A stretch of DNA of 64,000 bases. Source: Podospora anserina. Taxonomy: Eukaryota. The DNA lies in assembly GCA_017654855.1 (NCBI GenBank), contig CM030335.1:1798001-1862000 (forward strand), given 5' to 3'. The notes under the pieces are model-generated. The model saw only the letters and a program-made list of their open reading frames with translations. It did not search any database and was not told the DNA's origin. Shown here piece by piece: positions 1-12,870 of this stretch; within the stretch, counting starts at the first letter, position 1, and every line of letters starts with the position of its first letter. The position numbers and the translations under genes were made by a program.

Positions 1-979
1 CGAAGACTGTGGTAGCTGCGTTAGGAGCCGCCAGCGTGGTTGAGAAAACGATATTGGTAAGTGTTCTTGTCGTGACACCAGGAACAAAGACCGTCGTTCT
101 GATCACGACCGTGGAAGTGAGCGTTGCCTCTTGCCGTTTCCCGACCGCAGCTCTGACTCCCATATACTCTTTGCTCGGTATTGGGGTTGTACGGGGTTCC
201 GGGCTGCTAGTGGGCGCCAGGACAGGAGGCGTTTGAACCGGCGTAATCTCAACAGGGCTTCCAAAGGTTCGTTTTGCCCTCCTTACGAAAGACGTTACAG
301 TAACCGTCGAAGTAGATGTACGCTGTGTTGGATTAATAAAAGTGAGCAGCTGGGTGCTGGTAATAATAGCAAGTCTGGTCTCTGCAAAGGAGGTGACCGT
401 GCTGGTGATGGTTTGTGTGACGGTGATAATGGCCAAACTGGATGCTGCCGGCAGCGGTCTGCTGTCGTTGTTAGTCTTCAATTGCCAGCCTGGATATTAG
501 TTGTGGGAAGTAACTTACATCGAAGCAGTTGTCTGAACACAGTCACTCTCGTCACATGTGACACCGGCCGCTGAACAGCATGCTGCTTCTCCAGTCGGCA
601 ACATGCAGCATCCAATCTCTTCCAGGCAGTCGATTGTTGTGCCATTTTTGCCTTGACACACAGCCCGTGTCGAATCGGCATCACCTGTTGTATCTTTTGT
701 GTTTTGTCTCCTTCTCCTTGGTCGTCTTGATGAAGATTCTGTAGTTTTCTCGCTGAGGGACCTAGAAATATCCGTTGGCCTCGTGTAACTGTCTCCCAAT
801 TGCCCAATTCTCCCCATAGCTCTTTGATGCTTTGTCTCGCCATCTACCAAATTGTGTGCTTTTATTCGTATATCACCAAGAACTAGCTCAGATGAGGGAC
901 CTGAGAGCCGTTGAGTATTCCCAAGCGCCGCAGTTGTGAGTCCCAGGACGAGGCTGCCCAAGGTTTTCAACATCAACAT
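1..979 (-). CDS. Secreted Cys-rich then Ser/Thr-rich (cell-wall/mucin-like) protein, 3' end runs off the window
   Basis: N-terminal signal-like segment (LGSLVLGLTTAALG) and a Cys cluster (C..C..CC..CC..C..C). Intron ~518-459 (GTAAGT..ACTAAC..CAG) leads into an open Thr-rich frame (ITVTQTITSTVTSF...) with dibasic KR/RR sites. Confidence 0.7.
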
Positions 980-3080
980 ATGGCATTATGGGCCCGAGTA
1001 CCTTGTGCTGAAGAGGTGAAGCTCCTAGAAGCTAGAAGGAAATGAAAAAGAGTGGAAGCCTTGCTGGTCAGTGCCGGCCTGGATAAATATCGACTGTGGT
1101 CAGAAAGAAACGCAATGAACAGACATCAAGCCTCGTGTGGGGAGAACGAAATAGATCGACTTGATGAGATAGGGCGAAAGAGAAAATAGGAACATTCCGG
1201 GGAATGTGGCGGATATGGCGTGGAGGATAGGTGTTTCCCACGGTAGCGGAACCGTCGTGATGGTGCCTTGCACTCTGCACTCCGCATCAGGTGTCGATCT
1301 TAGAACGATAGAAAAAGATGGGAAGAGACTGCTTCCTTGATCCGAAATGACGCCAAGCTGTCGACCGAAGCTCAAGAACGACGTGCAACTGAAGCTGGGT
1401 AGCCAAGGCATGATGTGTGAGGGCGATCGCGGAGCCACAGTGATCTGGTACCACAGATTCGTGGTCGGAGCAGCCAGTGGGAGCCTTGGATGGCACTGAA
1501 CCAGCCTTCTTGTGGTCAGGTTCTGACCGGCATCCGAAGCCTCGAAAGCTTCTGGAAGCTTGATGAACGGGAAAGCCTATTAATGCTGGGGTTCGAGCCG
1601 CTGCTGTATGAATGAGATCAAGGGTGCTGGTCGATAGATGGGATGGCCAGGGGTGGTTGACCTAGACATCCGATCTATTGCTATGCACAGGTGACAGCCC
1701 AGGCCTGTCACTGGTGTCGATATCTTCGCCCTGACAGACTGAATATCGAGAAGCTGCGACTGGTGACATCGCGACGTTGATAGGAGCTGTCATGATCCCA
1801 GGCCATCTGCTGGCCGTATATGCATCTTCAATGTTTGTGCATTCTCTTGCAGGTTTGCAAGTGAACCACTTGTGTGGATGTCATCTTGGAGTGGAGCTGT
1901 CGTCTGAGCGCTCTTGACCGGCGGGTGCCGGCATATAGCGATGGTGATGAGATGACATGCGGTCAGATCTCGCAGCTGCAGGTGTTGCGGTTCATGCGGG
2001 GGGCCGGGTGCATCGGATCCGATCGTATACTTCCTGATCCCTGTCGAGGTCAGAAAGCGGCTTGTCGGTGTGTTTTGTCTTCTTGTTGGACAGTAAATAA
2101 AAAGAGCAAAGTTTGTCCACGGGATCTCCAAGTTTTCGAGAAAGCTACTGCCCTGAGTTCCTTGGCGAGCGAGGATACGTTTATCTCGGTTCACGCTCAA
2201 TGAGGGCATCACTGGCATGACACACGCCGTCCGAGTCACACGGGTGAGATAGCACTAAGAGCGCCTTTCTCGTGCTCGATTTTGAGCACTTCCAATTGTT
2301 GAGCTTTTCCTGAGCCAATATGCCGCCAGTCACCTTGCCGACAATGACGATGTCGAGACAACGGACCTAGCCGAGCAAAAGGTCTACTCCAAGTTAACTT
2401 TGTTGTCAGGCACAGTTTAATACCGTTGCTATGGCCGGGAACTGCAAGTACTTGTGCTGATAGTTCTCAAGCCGTGATGCTGAGCGGCTGCGTGATCGAC
2501 GAAGATCAGACAAGGTCCCGAGTCCCCGGAAGGGTACCAACGCCAACACGACCAGACTATTGCATGATGTCAGCAAGCTTCTAGAACTCCCAAACTCATT
2601 CTCTGCAATAAAACCACATTATAAATCGAACCGAGTTTGTGAACCTGATTTGGATTTGCTTTTCCCTCCCCACCACAAAAAGCCGTCCACTAGACCTCGT
2701 CCAAAGATGCGCCCCTCCAGTTCGTAGCTCATCACCATGCCCGCTACCTACATAATGTACAGTATTAAAAACACAAGGCGGGGCCGTGGCAGTTCTAACC
2801 CAATGCATAGCTGATGAAATGCTCCTCGCCGCCCAAATTCTACCCAAAAATATCCCTCATAACGCCTGGCCTGCCCGCCGCATGCACGCCCGCCTGCCTG
2901 TCCCATTTTTAAAAAAACAAAAGTCGAGTGAAGATGTTGTGTACAATGCGGTAGATGGCCAGGCTGTGGTGCAAGTGTCGTCTTTCGATACTGTCTTTCG
3001 AGCAGTCGTTGTCAGTCGTCTTGGCCCAACCTGTCACCCATTCGCTCGATATGTCGTTCCCCCTGGAGAAAGAAAACGTC

Positions 3081-3564
3081 TTATTTCTTATCCTTGTACA
3101 GCTTTGGATTCCACCCCTCTTTTACCTCGGCCTCTTGCTCCGCCTTCTCCATATGTGGGCGCACCTCGGCCTCGATCCTTTCCCTCGCGCGCAGGATCTT
3201 GCTCTGCAGGTAGAATGAACCGCCCTTTTTGGGGTCGTTGTTGTCAAACAAGCGCTTGAATCGCTCCATGACCTCCTCCATATTGGCTTCCCCCTTTTGT
3301 GGTGGCTTGACGTTGAGGATCTTGCAGGCTTCGTCGAGGGTCATGCCGCTGCTGAGGCTGGCGCGGCCGGCGGTGCCATTGCCGGACTGGGCCTGGGCGC
3401 GTTGGTAGGCCGAGGAGGCGGCGGCTTGCTTGTAGGCTTCGGCGAAGGAGCGGCCGAGAACGCGGGTGCCGATGAGGACGACTTGGGTTATGAGGCGGTA
3501 GGCCTGGGCGGGGTGTTGGTTAGTTGCAAGGGTGGTGAGAACAAGGTATGCCGATGCTTACCAT
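3081..3564 (-). CDS. PAM16: Mitochondrial import motor subunit Pam16/Tim16
   Basis: ATG directly followed by a GTAAGC intron; then AYRLITQVVLIGTRVLGRSFAEAYKQA and the J-like domain MTLDEACKILNV...KGGSFYLQSKILRARERI. Confidence 0.93.
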
Positions 3565-3670
3565 TTTGAACTGCAAGCAGGCGTCGGCGACCTTGCAAGC
3601 CTTCCTTGTGTTGGGTGAGAGTGAGGGAGGAGGGAAGGTGGCGGTGAGATTGTGTGGTCGTCTGCGGCAG

Positions 3671-3708
3671 TGGGTGGTGGTGGTGGTGGTGGTGGTGGTA
3701 GTGGTGTG
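3671..3708. repeat. (GGT)n microsatellite
   Basis: About 10 GGT units in the PAM16 upstream/5' UTR region. Confidence 0.9.
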
Positions 3709-4206
3709 GAAATTCACAGAAGCGGTAGCAAACATGACCGAACCCATGCTTCGAAAAATTGTCCGCCTTCGAGATGCCGCGCCGCCGATTGCCGGCAAGC
3801 TGTTGTGACAGCTGTTTAAATCGTAGCCAACAGTTGGCAACAGCCCGTCTTGGCACCCTTCACGCTTGGCCCGTCCCGCCAAGCGGCTTGGTGACGCCGC
3901 CTGGCCAGTGCTGGCGCAGGGAGCTTGACATCTGAAAGATGCAACATCGCAACTTTGTCGGTTAACAATCCTGGTCATTGTCCACGCAATTGTCCACCAC
4001 CACGCTCTTTACTGACACATCACGAGCGATACCGAGAGCTTCAAAGACTAACGAGTCGACAATCAGCATCCAACTCGACAACCTCGAGTGATCTCCACGA
4101 CCGAGTAACTTGCATGCATACAGCTCCCCCGTCAACGATCCCCTGAACACGACATACGAACAGGGACACCAGATCACCACATCGCGAACACTCGAAGCCC
4201 CCAAAA

Positions 4207-5222
4207 ATGTCAAATTACTACGGCGGCGGCCCCGCCCAGCCAAACCCCGGCCTCCAGTTCTACCAGTCCAACTACGCACAACCAGTATCTGGCCACGCGA
4301 CCCCATCACAAGCATCCTACGGCTATGGCGGTCCCTCCTCCGGCGGCTTCGGCAGCAGCTTCACCTCTGGCTTCGCCGGCGCCCCAGGAGTATCAGGCCG
4401 CATGGACGAGCAAGGTGGGCTAAGAACAGGCTGGCTCGCCGCCTTTTCAACAGAGGGGTACGACGGGGAGCCGCCCTTGTTGGAGGAGTTGGGGGTATCA
4501 TTCACAAAGATCCAGCGCAAGGTCAGCAGCCCACAACTCACCATCTCTCAGGCATGATCAAACTAACATATTTACTCCCCAGACCTTCGCCGTCCTAAAC
4601 CCCTTCTCCCGCGTAGACCAACACCTAATGGACGACTCCGACCTCGCCGGTCCCGTCCTCTTCTTCTTCCTTGTACGTCCCCCCCTCCCTTTCACCCCCC
4701 CATCCTTTTCTAACCTGTTTCTCCCAGTTCGGAACCTTCCTCATGCTCTCCGGCTCCGTCCACTTCGGCTTCATCTACGGCCTCGCCGTCCTCGGCTCAG
4801 TATCCCTCCACACAATCCTCTCCCTCATGGCACCCCCCGTCGACCCCTCCACCGCCGTTCCCTCCGCCCCCGGTCAATCATCCTACCCCGGCGTGCCCGT
4901 CCACCACCACTCCCAGTCCCAATCCGGTGCCACGACCACATTGACGTTTGCCCGATCCGCCTCGGTACTGGGGTACTGTCTCCTCCCACTGGTAGCCACC
5001 TCCCTAGTCGGAATCGTCATGCCCATGGCGACACCGCTCGGGATTTTCTTGACTACCTTGGCGGTGTTATGGAGCAGTTATGCCGCCAGTGGAATCTTTT
5101 GCTCGGTGGGGGGGATGAACAGGCAGAGGTTTTTGGTGGCGTATCCGTTGGCGTTGTTTTATGTCGGGTTTGGGATCATGGGCGTTTTTAGTAGCAGGGG
5201 GGGGAAGGCAGGGAAGGCGTAG
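4207..5222 (+). CDS. YIP1: ER-Golgi transport protein Yip1 (2 introns)
   Basis: GWLAAFSTEGYDGEPPLLEELGV, MDDSDLAGP, GSVHFGFIYG, ASVLGYCLLPL, LVAYPLALFY; introns ~4522-4582 and ~4672-4727. Confidence 0.93.
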
Positions 5223-6493
5223 GAAGGGAAGACGGGGTAGGATACAGGGTTGAATTTGGTGAGATGGGGAAGAGGCTGGGGAGTGGGAAGGAATATAGCG
5301 CGGTGATTATGTTGATATTATTATGATTATTGCCAAAAATGGGGGCGGTGTGATGGAGTTGGGGGGAGGGGTTTATTGTGGTGTATTAGTATAATGACAG
5401 ATGATATTGAATATCAGATGGGATGAGAGCGCTGTGTTGATGGTAGAATAACGGCCAAGTTGACACGTCCAGCTGCTAGTTGTGCTGCTTTCGATCACGT
5501 TGAACTATGGTCAAGAGGTCATGGGTTTGCATATTGGTTAGATCTTCATTCGTCATCCCAAGTCCTTTCTCCATCTACAGAAGCAACACAACGCGCCCCA
5601 TCACCTGTTATCTGAATGTCCTCAATCAGAGTACCTCCCAAACCAAACGCCACAGTGTGAAAAACAGAACATATATATTATAAAAACACGTTCCCGCTTT
5701 TGAAGTTTTTATTCAGGCTCTCTCTTTTGATTTGATTCCGCTAATGCAAATGCTTTCATGTCCAGTCCGCAAGTCTGTGTGGTAGTTATCCTGCCACGAC
5801 CCCCCCCCCTTTTCTTGTTCCACCATTATATTCTATGCTTTGTAGCACGAGACCCGAGAGCGGAAAAAAGTGAAAACGTCAAATACCACGAGCCCGACCC
5901 ATGTGAAACAAACCCATGTGCCCCCTCCCCACCGCCAACCGAAAACACCATGTATGAAGAATCCCCCGTGCCGTGATGGAAACGCAGCCCGAGGAAAGAA
6001 AAAAACACCCCTAATATATTGAACAAACAACCCCCTCCCCCCTTCTTCTCCTCGCTGACCACACAACAGGCCGTCATGATCCATTGGACCGTTACAGACA
6101 AAGACGACATGCCCCTTCAAATCTCGTCCACAAATCTCGAGAATTCTCAACCTCTTCCTAGCTCACGGTAGTCTCCTCAATTCGTCAATTCATCCCTCGC
6201 AACCTCATCCTCCGAATCGTCCTACGAGCGCAGCACATCCCTCGCTCTTTTCTTTCGTGGTCGTGGACGGGCACTATCCTCCTCATCCTCCGAGTCGCTG
6301 TCTCTCTTCCTCTTTCTTGATCCTGACCCTCCAGAAGAAACACTGCCCCTCATCGTCATCATCAGAAGGACTCTCATCAGGAGCAACCCCCTTCAGCTTC
6401 TTCATCAGAAGCAGTAGCACCCTCATCTTCAGGAAGAGGAGGACTAACACCCTCATCCTCAGGGGCAGTCTCCTCATCCTCATCAGAAGCCTC

Positions 6494-8327
6494 CTAATTC
6501 TGAGCCTCCTCCTTCTCGGCAGCAACAATACCGTACTGCCCGCCCGCACCAGCAAAGACGATCTTCCTGTCCCTGATGGCGGTGTTGTCAATAAGTGTTG
6601 GCGACTCGATATCATCCGTAGTCCCCTGGCCAGTCTGGTAGTTGGCCGAGAAACCCCAGCTGTAAACCTTGCCATCCTTGGTGACAGCAAAGCTGTGGTC
6701 GGTGCCAGCGGCGACCTGGACAACATCCTTGACCTCGGGGATTTCGGTAGGGACGACGAGGATTCTTGGCTTTTGGCGGTCGTCATAAATAGTATTGTCC
6801 TCGGTGAACGAACCGGTTGGCTGACCGACCTGGTGGCCATCAATCCGGCCCCAGGTGAGGAGCTTGCCATCGGTGGTGCATGCCAAAGAGTGGTGCTCAC
6901 CGCCGGCAATGTCGGCAATCTCGTAACCGCTGAGCGACTCGACAATCTGGGGACGCATGACGTAGCCGCCGTCGACGCCGACAGAGTCCTCGTGGCCGCA
7001 CTCGGCGTAGTTGTTGAGACCCCAGCTGATGACACGGCCCTTGGTGTCAATGACGAAGCAGTGGTAAGAACCGCAGGCAAGCTTGACGGCCTTGGCGCGG
7101 CCGGGGAGAGAACCAACGCCGGCAGGGTAGAGGGCAGCGGTGTCGTCGCGCTCGAGGAGACGGCGAGCAAGCTGGGCTTGTTGGCCGGCGCCCCAGGCGT
7201 AGATCTTATTCTTCTCGTCGAGGGCGAGGATGTGGTTGAGACCGGCAGCAAGCTGCTTGATCTTGGACAGCTCGGGGACGTGGGCTGGGGTCCTCTGAAT
7301 GCCAACACTACGACTGAAGCCCAGTACACCCTCGTTGCTCTGGAGGCAAATGTTAGAACAAGATCGCGTCGTACAGAGAGTTGTTGTGTCTTACCCTGAA
7401 TGTACCCCATCCATAGACCTGGCCAGTGGTGGTGAGCGCAAAAGTCGCGCTGTCGCTGGCAACAACCTGAACCCACTCAATACCCTCGGGGAGGCCGCTC
7501 GTGTCAATCTCGGCAGGAGTGCTCTCCTTGGGGTTCATGCCAGTGTCGTCCTCGTCATCACTGTCATCGTCCTCATCCTCAACATCTCTGAGCCCACCAT
7601 CCCACGTGGTGTCGCGTCCGAGAGCGCCCTGGTCGTTGACACCCCAGGTGAAGATCTTGTTGTCCTTGGTAAGAGCAGCAACGTGCATGCCACCGCAAGC
7701 AATCTGAACAACATTGGAGACATTGGGGTTCAGGCGGGGACGCTTGACATCGATGGGCTTCTTGCCGTCCACCTTGACGCTGCCAAGACCGAGCTCGCCA
7801 GCGGTGCCCTCGCCAAACACAAACATGTCGAGAACACGCTCGGGCTTCTCGTTGATGGCCTTCAGGACGCGGGCAGGGCGCTTCGCAGCGGGAGCTTTAG
7901 GAGCGGCGACCTTCCTCTTCTTGGCCGGTTGCGCCTGCGCGTCGACAGGCTCCTGGGCAATCTCGTCCTCGGAACTTGACGCGACTGGGGCTTGCTCCTC
8001 ATCATCCTGGGTGCGTTTTCTCTTGGTGGTAACGACCTTCTTCTCAGGCTCCTCCGTGTTTTCCTTATCAGACTCGGGGGCAACCTCAGCGACAGTCTTC
8101 TTCTTGGGCGCGGCCTTCTTGGGTGCGGCCTTCTTGGGAGCAGCGGCGGCCTTCTTGGGCGCGGCAGCAGCCTTCTTGGTGGTAGCGACAGTCTTCTTGG
8201 TCGCCGCAGCAGTAGTAGTCTTCTTAGTAGCCGTCGTGGCAGTGGTCTTCTTGGTGGTGGTGGTAGCGACCGCCGTCTTTTTGGTCGCAGCGCTCGCGGC
8301 TGTCGCGGCAGCTCTTTTGGGAGGCAT
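6494..8327 (-). CDS. RCC1 family Ran GEF (Pim1/Srm1-like) with Lys/Ala/Thr-rich N-tail
   Basis: RCC1 repeats (IACGGMHVAAL, TWGVNDQGALGR, IAGGEHHSLA, VAAGTDHSFA, WGFSANYQTGQG); intron ~7395-7341. Confidence 0.92.
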
Positions 8328-9754
8328 GGCTCGTGTTGTTGACGCGATGGTCTGTGATGTCCTGAGTAGGCGCTTTGTGAGGGAGAGGTAAAGAGGGCTG
8401 TGAGAAAGACGTGGAGAGGGCAAAGATGGTGCTTGTGAGGCTCAACAGGGACAAGATGGTGGTAGAGTCGCAACCTTGTTTTTGGTGTCTTTGTTGACAG
8501 TCGATGGATCGGGGTGTCGAGGTGCGAGAGGGTTAAGGGTTCGAGGGAGGAATTTTGGGCCGGCGCGCGCACGACTTTTTTGGGCTCGGGTTGGATGGGT
8601 TCCCGCTATTTTTCTTGTTTTTGCCGGGGGGGTTGGTCTTCCACAATGGGGCCCGCAATATGGTGCGCCCTATTATTCTTCAATTGTGCCCTTATTGATC
8701 GTGTTTGCCTACTCTACTGCTCCATCGAGATCAATTGTAACCTTGCCAACAATACCATTATACAATTGGCACTTTTATTTCCCTTGCTGCTGTCGTCGCT
8801 TTTGTTGACTCTGCCAGCAGCTCGACCTTTCCAATTCGATGAGCTCATAAGGGACGTGCTCCGTGCGAATTCTTATTGAACCCCTGTCAGCCAATGCAAC
8901 AGTGGCGCCGGCCCCCTGAAGAACTTTGGGGAGATTCTGCCGGGCGGTCAGAGGCGAGCTTCCCTTGCTTCGGTGATTTCCTTTGCGCGCCAGTTCGCGA
9001 CGACATCAGTTGCCAGGGTGAGGAGAGGAGTCCCCTCATCTGATGATCAACTCCAAGATATCACCAGATCTGATAGCAATACGGCTATGCATCAGCACCT
9101 GAAGGCTGGCATCACGCTGCCCGGTGCGCCGCTGAAGCTGACACGTTGCAAACACTCTTCCCGATCTGATGGCCTGCATTGCAGAACTCACCCGCCACTC
9201 GATTTCTTTCTCTCGATAGCATCATGATTTTCTTATCAATGGCCCGACAAACAACCCTACTACCCCTCTCTGTAACCCCACGTGTTCTTGCTTTGCAGTA
9301 GGGACCAAGTTGGCAGCTGTGAGCATCAAATCAAGAATTGGGGAGTTCGACAAAGACTCTGAAACCTGATACTGTCAAGGACAGTTGCGAAGGCTCTTGA
9401 TAACGCCTAACTGGTCAGCAACAGGACCTGTCTTCAAAGACAGCCACCAGCTTCCCCACACTCAGCGCATCCGAGCAAAGGTCCACGATTCCTGTCAAAG
9501 TCGAATCGTCGATAAACTTTTTTTATTAACATATCCCTATTCCTCTTTTTACCCCAACCCAGTTTGATGGCCCAGTTCAGACAACCAGGTCTTCATAACC
9601 CTTCCATGCCCCTTCCGTCCTGTCCGTCCCGGCCTCTGTCGAGATGTTGTCCCGGTCATGTCAAATTCCCATAACAAACCCCCAAACGCCATGCAATGCT
9701 GTTCCTCAGACCCCAACCCAGAAAGACTTTCCCATAGAGACAAGTTCAGTAAAC

Positions 9755-10167
9755 TTATTTCTTGGTAGTAAAATCAATCTCATTCTCCGGGTTGAACCCC
9801 CCATCAGCAGCCTTCTCACAAGTGCAAGCATCTATTCCTCTCGTTAGCCACAATCCATTTTCCCCATCTCTCTCTCTCTCTCTCTCTCTCTCATCCAAAA
9901 CTTACCAGCAGGTCTTGAACCACAAGCACAAGCCTTCTCAGGCGTCACATTCTCCGAAGCGGCACGCTCGCAGGTGCACTGGCCCGCGGGTCTAGCACGG
10001 CAGCTGCATCTCGGTCCGGCGACCGTGTTCTCCGTCGCGGCGGCGGAGCAGGAGCAGTGGAGGGCGGATTGCTTCCCGCAGGAGCAGGTCGCTTGCTTGG
10101 CGCAGACGCACTCGGCCGAGGAGGCGTTGTTGTTGGAGGAGCGGCAGCAGGTTGTTGGGGCGGTCAT
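9755..10167 (-). CDS. Cys-rich metallothionein-like / copper-resistance (Crd2-like) protein
   Basis: Repeated CxC motifs; intron with a (GA)n microsatellite ~9905-9832; exon 2 reads DACTCEKAADGGFNPENEIDFTTKK*. Confidence 0.8.
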
Positions 10168-10425
10168 TTTTGTGGTGGTGTAAGTAGTGTGGTGATGGTG
10201 GTTGTTGTTGAGAGAAGAGTACTTGGTTGGTGAGAACTATAGTTCAAATAAGTTGCCGACTGTTAATTGTGTGATGTGTGATATTGAATGGAAGACGATC
10301 AAAGGAAACCGCCTCTCTTATACAAGTTCAGTATCCAACTGCCGACCTGACATCAACTGGCAGTTGGTCCGTAAGGCTGTCCCGCAAGCTGAGACCTGCG
10401 GGGCGAGGCTTGGTCAGGAAACCGC

Positions 10426-10485
10426 CTGATTGGGTCATTGACCGGAGGCTGATTGGCTGCTTACACCTCCTGTCGACCAATCAGA
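10426..10485. promoter_or_regulatory. Cluster of three CCAAT boxes (CCAATCAG) upstream of the metallothionein-like gene
   Basis: CTGATTGG at ~10427 and ~10449 and CCAATCAG at ~10477. Confidence 0.45.
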
Positions 10486-10895
10486 GAAGAGGTATTTCAC
10501 ATCGCTGGGCAATCTGCAACGGCTTTCCAACGGTCGAGATGGGCCGAGAACTGTCCATCTTGAAGATCCGCTTCGATATTCTATTTTGAGATGATGCCAT
10601 TGGTGGAAAGGTGTGCTACAAGATGGGATGACTCGGGGGGAAGATCTGGAGATTTGTCAGGCGACAAGTATTTTGGTGACAGGGAGGTCCATTGTTTGTT
10701 GAGTTGGGATGTCACGATGTTCTTGGTCAGTGTGGTCACACATGGGGTCATCCACCAGGACGGTTGATGCAGGTACCGCAAGCTGTGGTCGGACCTACAT
10801 CTGCCTTATTGAAGTCATCGGGGTGCTGCCCTTTGTGACATGATGGGCTTGGACTGGCAGGATACAACCGCGAGGACAGAAGACTCAACATCTCT

Positions 10896-12050
10896 TCATT
10901 TCTTCTCAAAGAGATACAACTCAACAGGATTCCCACCCCCATCAATATGAGGAAGCGGCAGTGTAGCCTCCTCCTCAATACTCCACCCATCAGCAGCCAT
11001 CAGATCCCAGAACTCTCTCTCGGACGAGTGTCTTGACTTTGTCGACAAAAAGACCTTTGGCCTGACCGACTGCTCGCCGGAATGGCCATGAAGAGCCGAA
11101 AGCGTCTGCACCAACGGTGACAAAGTATCCGTGTTGTAGGTGCAGTCACTCACGACAATCAGATCCCAAGTATTATCCTGGACCTGCGCTCCAAACACGC
11201 CATTCTGCCCGTCTATCCAGTCGAGGCTCTCAAAGTCTAGCGAGGGTGCTGGTGCTTGGCTGAGAGCTTCCGCTTGCCGGGCGATATTCGCTCTGGCTCG
11301 TTCTTCAGCCTCGGGGAGATCAGTCATGAGGATACGAGTTGTCGTCTGTCTGGGAGCCTTCTTCAAAGCAAGCAGCCGGGCCACCCCTATGCCTAGTGTC
11401 CCGATGCCGCAGCCAACTTCGAGGATGTTCAGTGGCTTGTCCCGATCTTGTTGAAGGAGCTGCTTCAAGGCGGGCATTGGGTTTCCCTTCGGGCTGGTGC
11501 TCAGAAACATGTCGGCCAGGAGAGACACAGTGGCAATCCCAGAGTCCCAGATGTGCCGGGCTATGCTATCCCCCATATCCTCCTCCACTTGGAGCGTCTG
11601 GTTATCGGCTGTTGGCAGCCTCAAACTCCGAAAGCACACAGGAGGTACTGCTGTGTTCCTGTCCAGCGAGACATCAGAGAATGCCGCTAGAATGAGTCCC
11701 TGGCCCGTTGGTGGGTAGATGTCTGTCGTTCCAAGAGCTGTAAGTTGGCGGTCTGCCGGCCGGATCTGGATCGTTTTGATGGGGTGTGGAGGCAGTGGAA
11801 GATCCAGTTTGAGAACTCTCATCCCAGCCTTCCATTTTGGCGTATTTCGTTGTGTGAGGATAACTGGTACCAGTTGCTCTTTTCCATCTTTTGTCGTCGT
11901 GTAAGCGCCGACCACAAGGAGCTCAACTGGGTCTTTGGGTGAGAAGAACGAGTCCCCGAGGTCGGTGGTGACGGCGAGTACTAATCGGAGGCATCGTTCT
12001 GATCTGACGAACTCGACCACTGGTGGTCGCAGTAGTTTTATGTAATGCAT
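10896..12050 (-). CDS. Methyltransf_16-family (seven-beta-strand) protein lysine methyltransferase
   Basis: SIARHIWDSG, ILEVGCGIG, MTDLPEA, LDW and DLIVVSDCTYN motifs. Confidence 0.88.
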   Translation of the reverse strand: MHYIKLLRPPVVEFVRSERCLRLVLAVTTDLGDSFFSPKDPVELLVVGAYTTTKDGKEQLVPVILTQRNTPKWKAGMRVLKLDLPLPPHPIKTIQIRPADRQLTALGTTDIYPPTGQGLILAAFSDVSLDRNTAVPPVCFRSLRLPTADNQTLQVEEDMGDSIARHIWDSGIATVSLLADMFLSTSPKGNPMPALKQLLQQDRDKPLNILEVGCGIGTLGIGVARLLALKKAPRQTTTRILMTDLPEAEERARANIARQAEALSQAPAPSLDFESLDWIDGQNGVFGAQVQDNTWDLIVVSDCTYNTDTLSPLVQTLSALHGHSGEQSVRPKVFLSTKSRHSSEREFWDLMAADGWSIEEEATLPLPHIDGGGNPVELYLFEKK

Positions 12051-12870
12051 AGTGAGAAAGTGTCTGTGTGAGTTCGTGTGTGAGACGGGGTGAGGTGTGA
12101 GTCGTGAAGTGAACTGCAGTGGTTAGCAGCGTCGAGCTCAAAGTGGAATTTTTAGCCATCGCAGAGACTTGATTGGCCCAGGGTTAGGGTAGACAATGGT
12201 ATGTCTCGTTCGCATGTTCTCGACGGGACTTCTTCAACCAACCAGCCTTGGAGACTGCCGGTGAAGCAGGAATATGAAACTCTTTATCTCTGATTGGCAG
12301 TGTTCTTGACCACCAGCTGCCATCTTGGTCTACCCGTACAACTACCGTACATTGCCTATCCCGCCCAAGCGCCTAGGTCATCCAGTGCCAAAAAGAAATC
12401 ACAAACCCAAGGGTATCCGGAGCTTTGAACCAAGCCCAATCCTCTCCTCTTCCAAGATTCATTCTCAGACCCGCAATCCATTTGAACTTCCAACGAAACT
12501 CCGTAAATGCGCCTTCTCATTGTGTTTTTGTCATTGGAAATTTGTTCCACGCGTCTGTCATCATCTCCGTTGCCAGTCTTTCGGGTTGTCCAACGCTCGA
12601 ATTATGTACCTAGTATTGGACACAGTGAGAGAGGCCGTCCAGCAACTTCCTCACGTCCGGCTATATGGCACAGCCAAGGTAAGCCGGACCCGAACCCTCC
12701 GTAATGGACGTCCTTCGTGTATCCAGGGACACCCTTCCTGCTGGGCTTCGCGTGAAAAAAGAACTCAGGTCCACTCCCAGCAAATATCTCAACCCATCCA
12801 TGTCGACGGGCCTGCCCGTGGATTCTGAAGATTTATTGTTGTAATAGTTCCCTGTACACCACGTTGGTAT

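Noticed and set aside
1790..2600. Short ORFs on both strands, possible gene relic
   Set aside because: No recognisable motif or consistent splice model.
6257..7399. 380-aa plus-strand ORF and 397-aa alternative-frame minus ORF
   Set aside because: Antisense or off-frame shadows of the codon-biased RCC1 gene.
12325..12828. 167-aa plus-strand ORF
   Set aside because: Non-ATG start and no recognisable domain.
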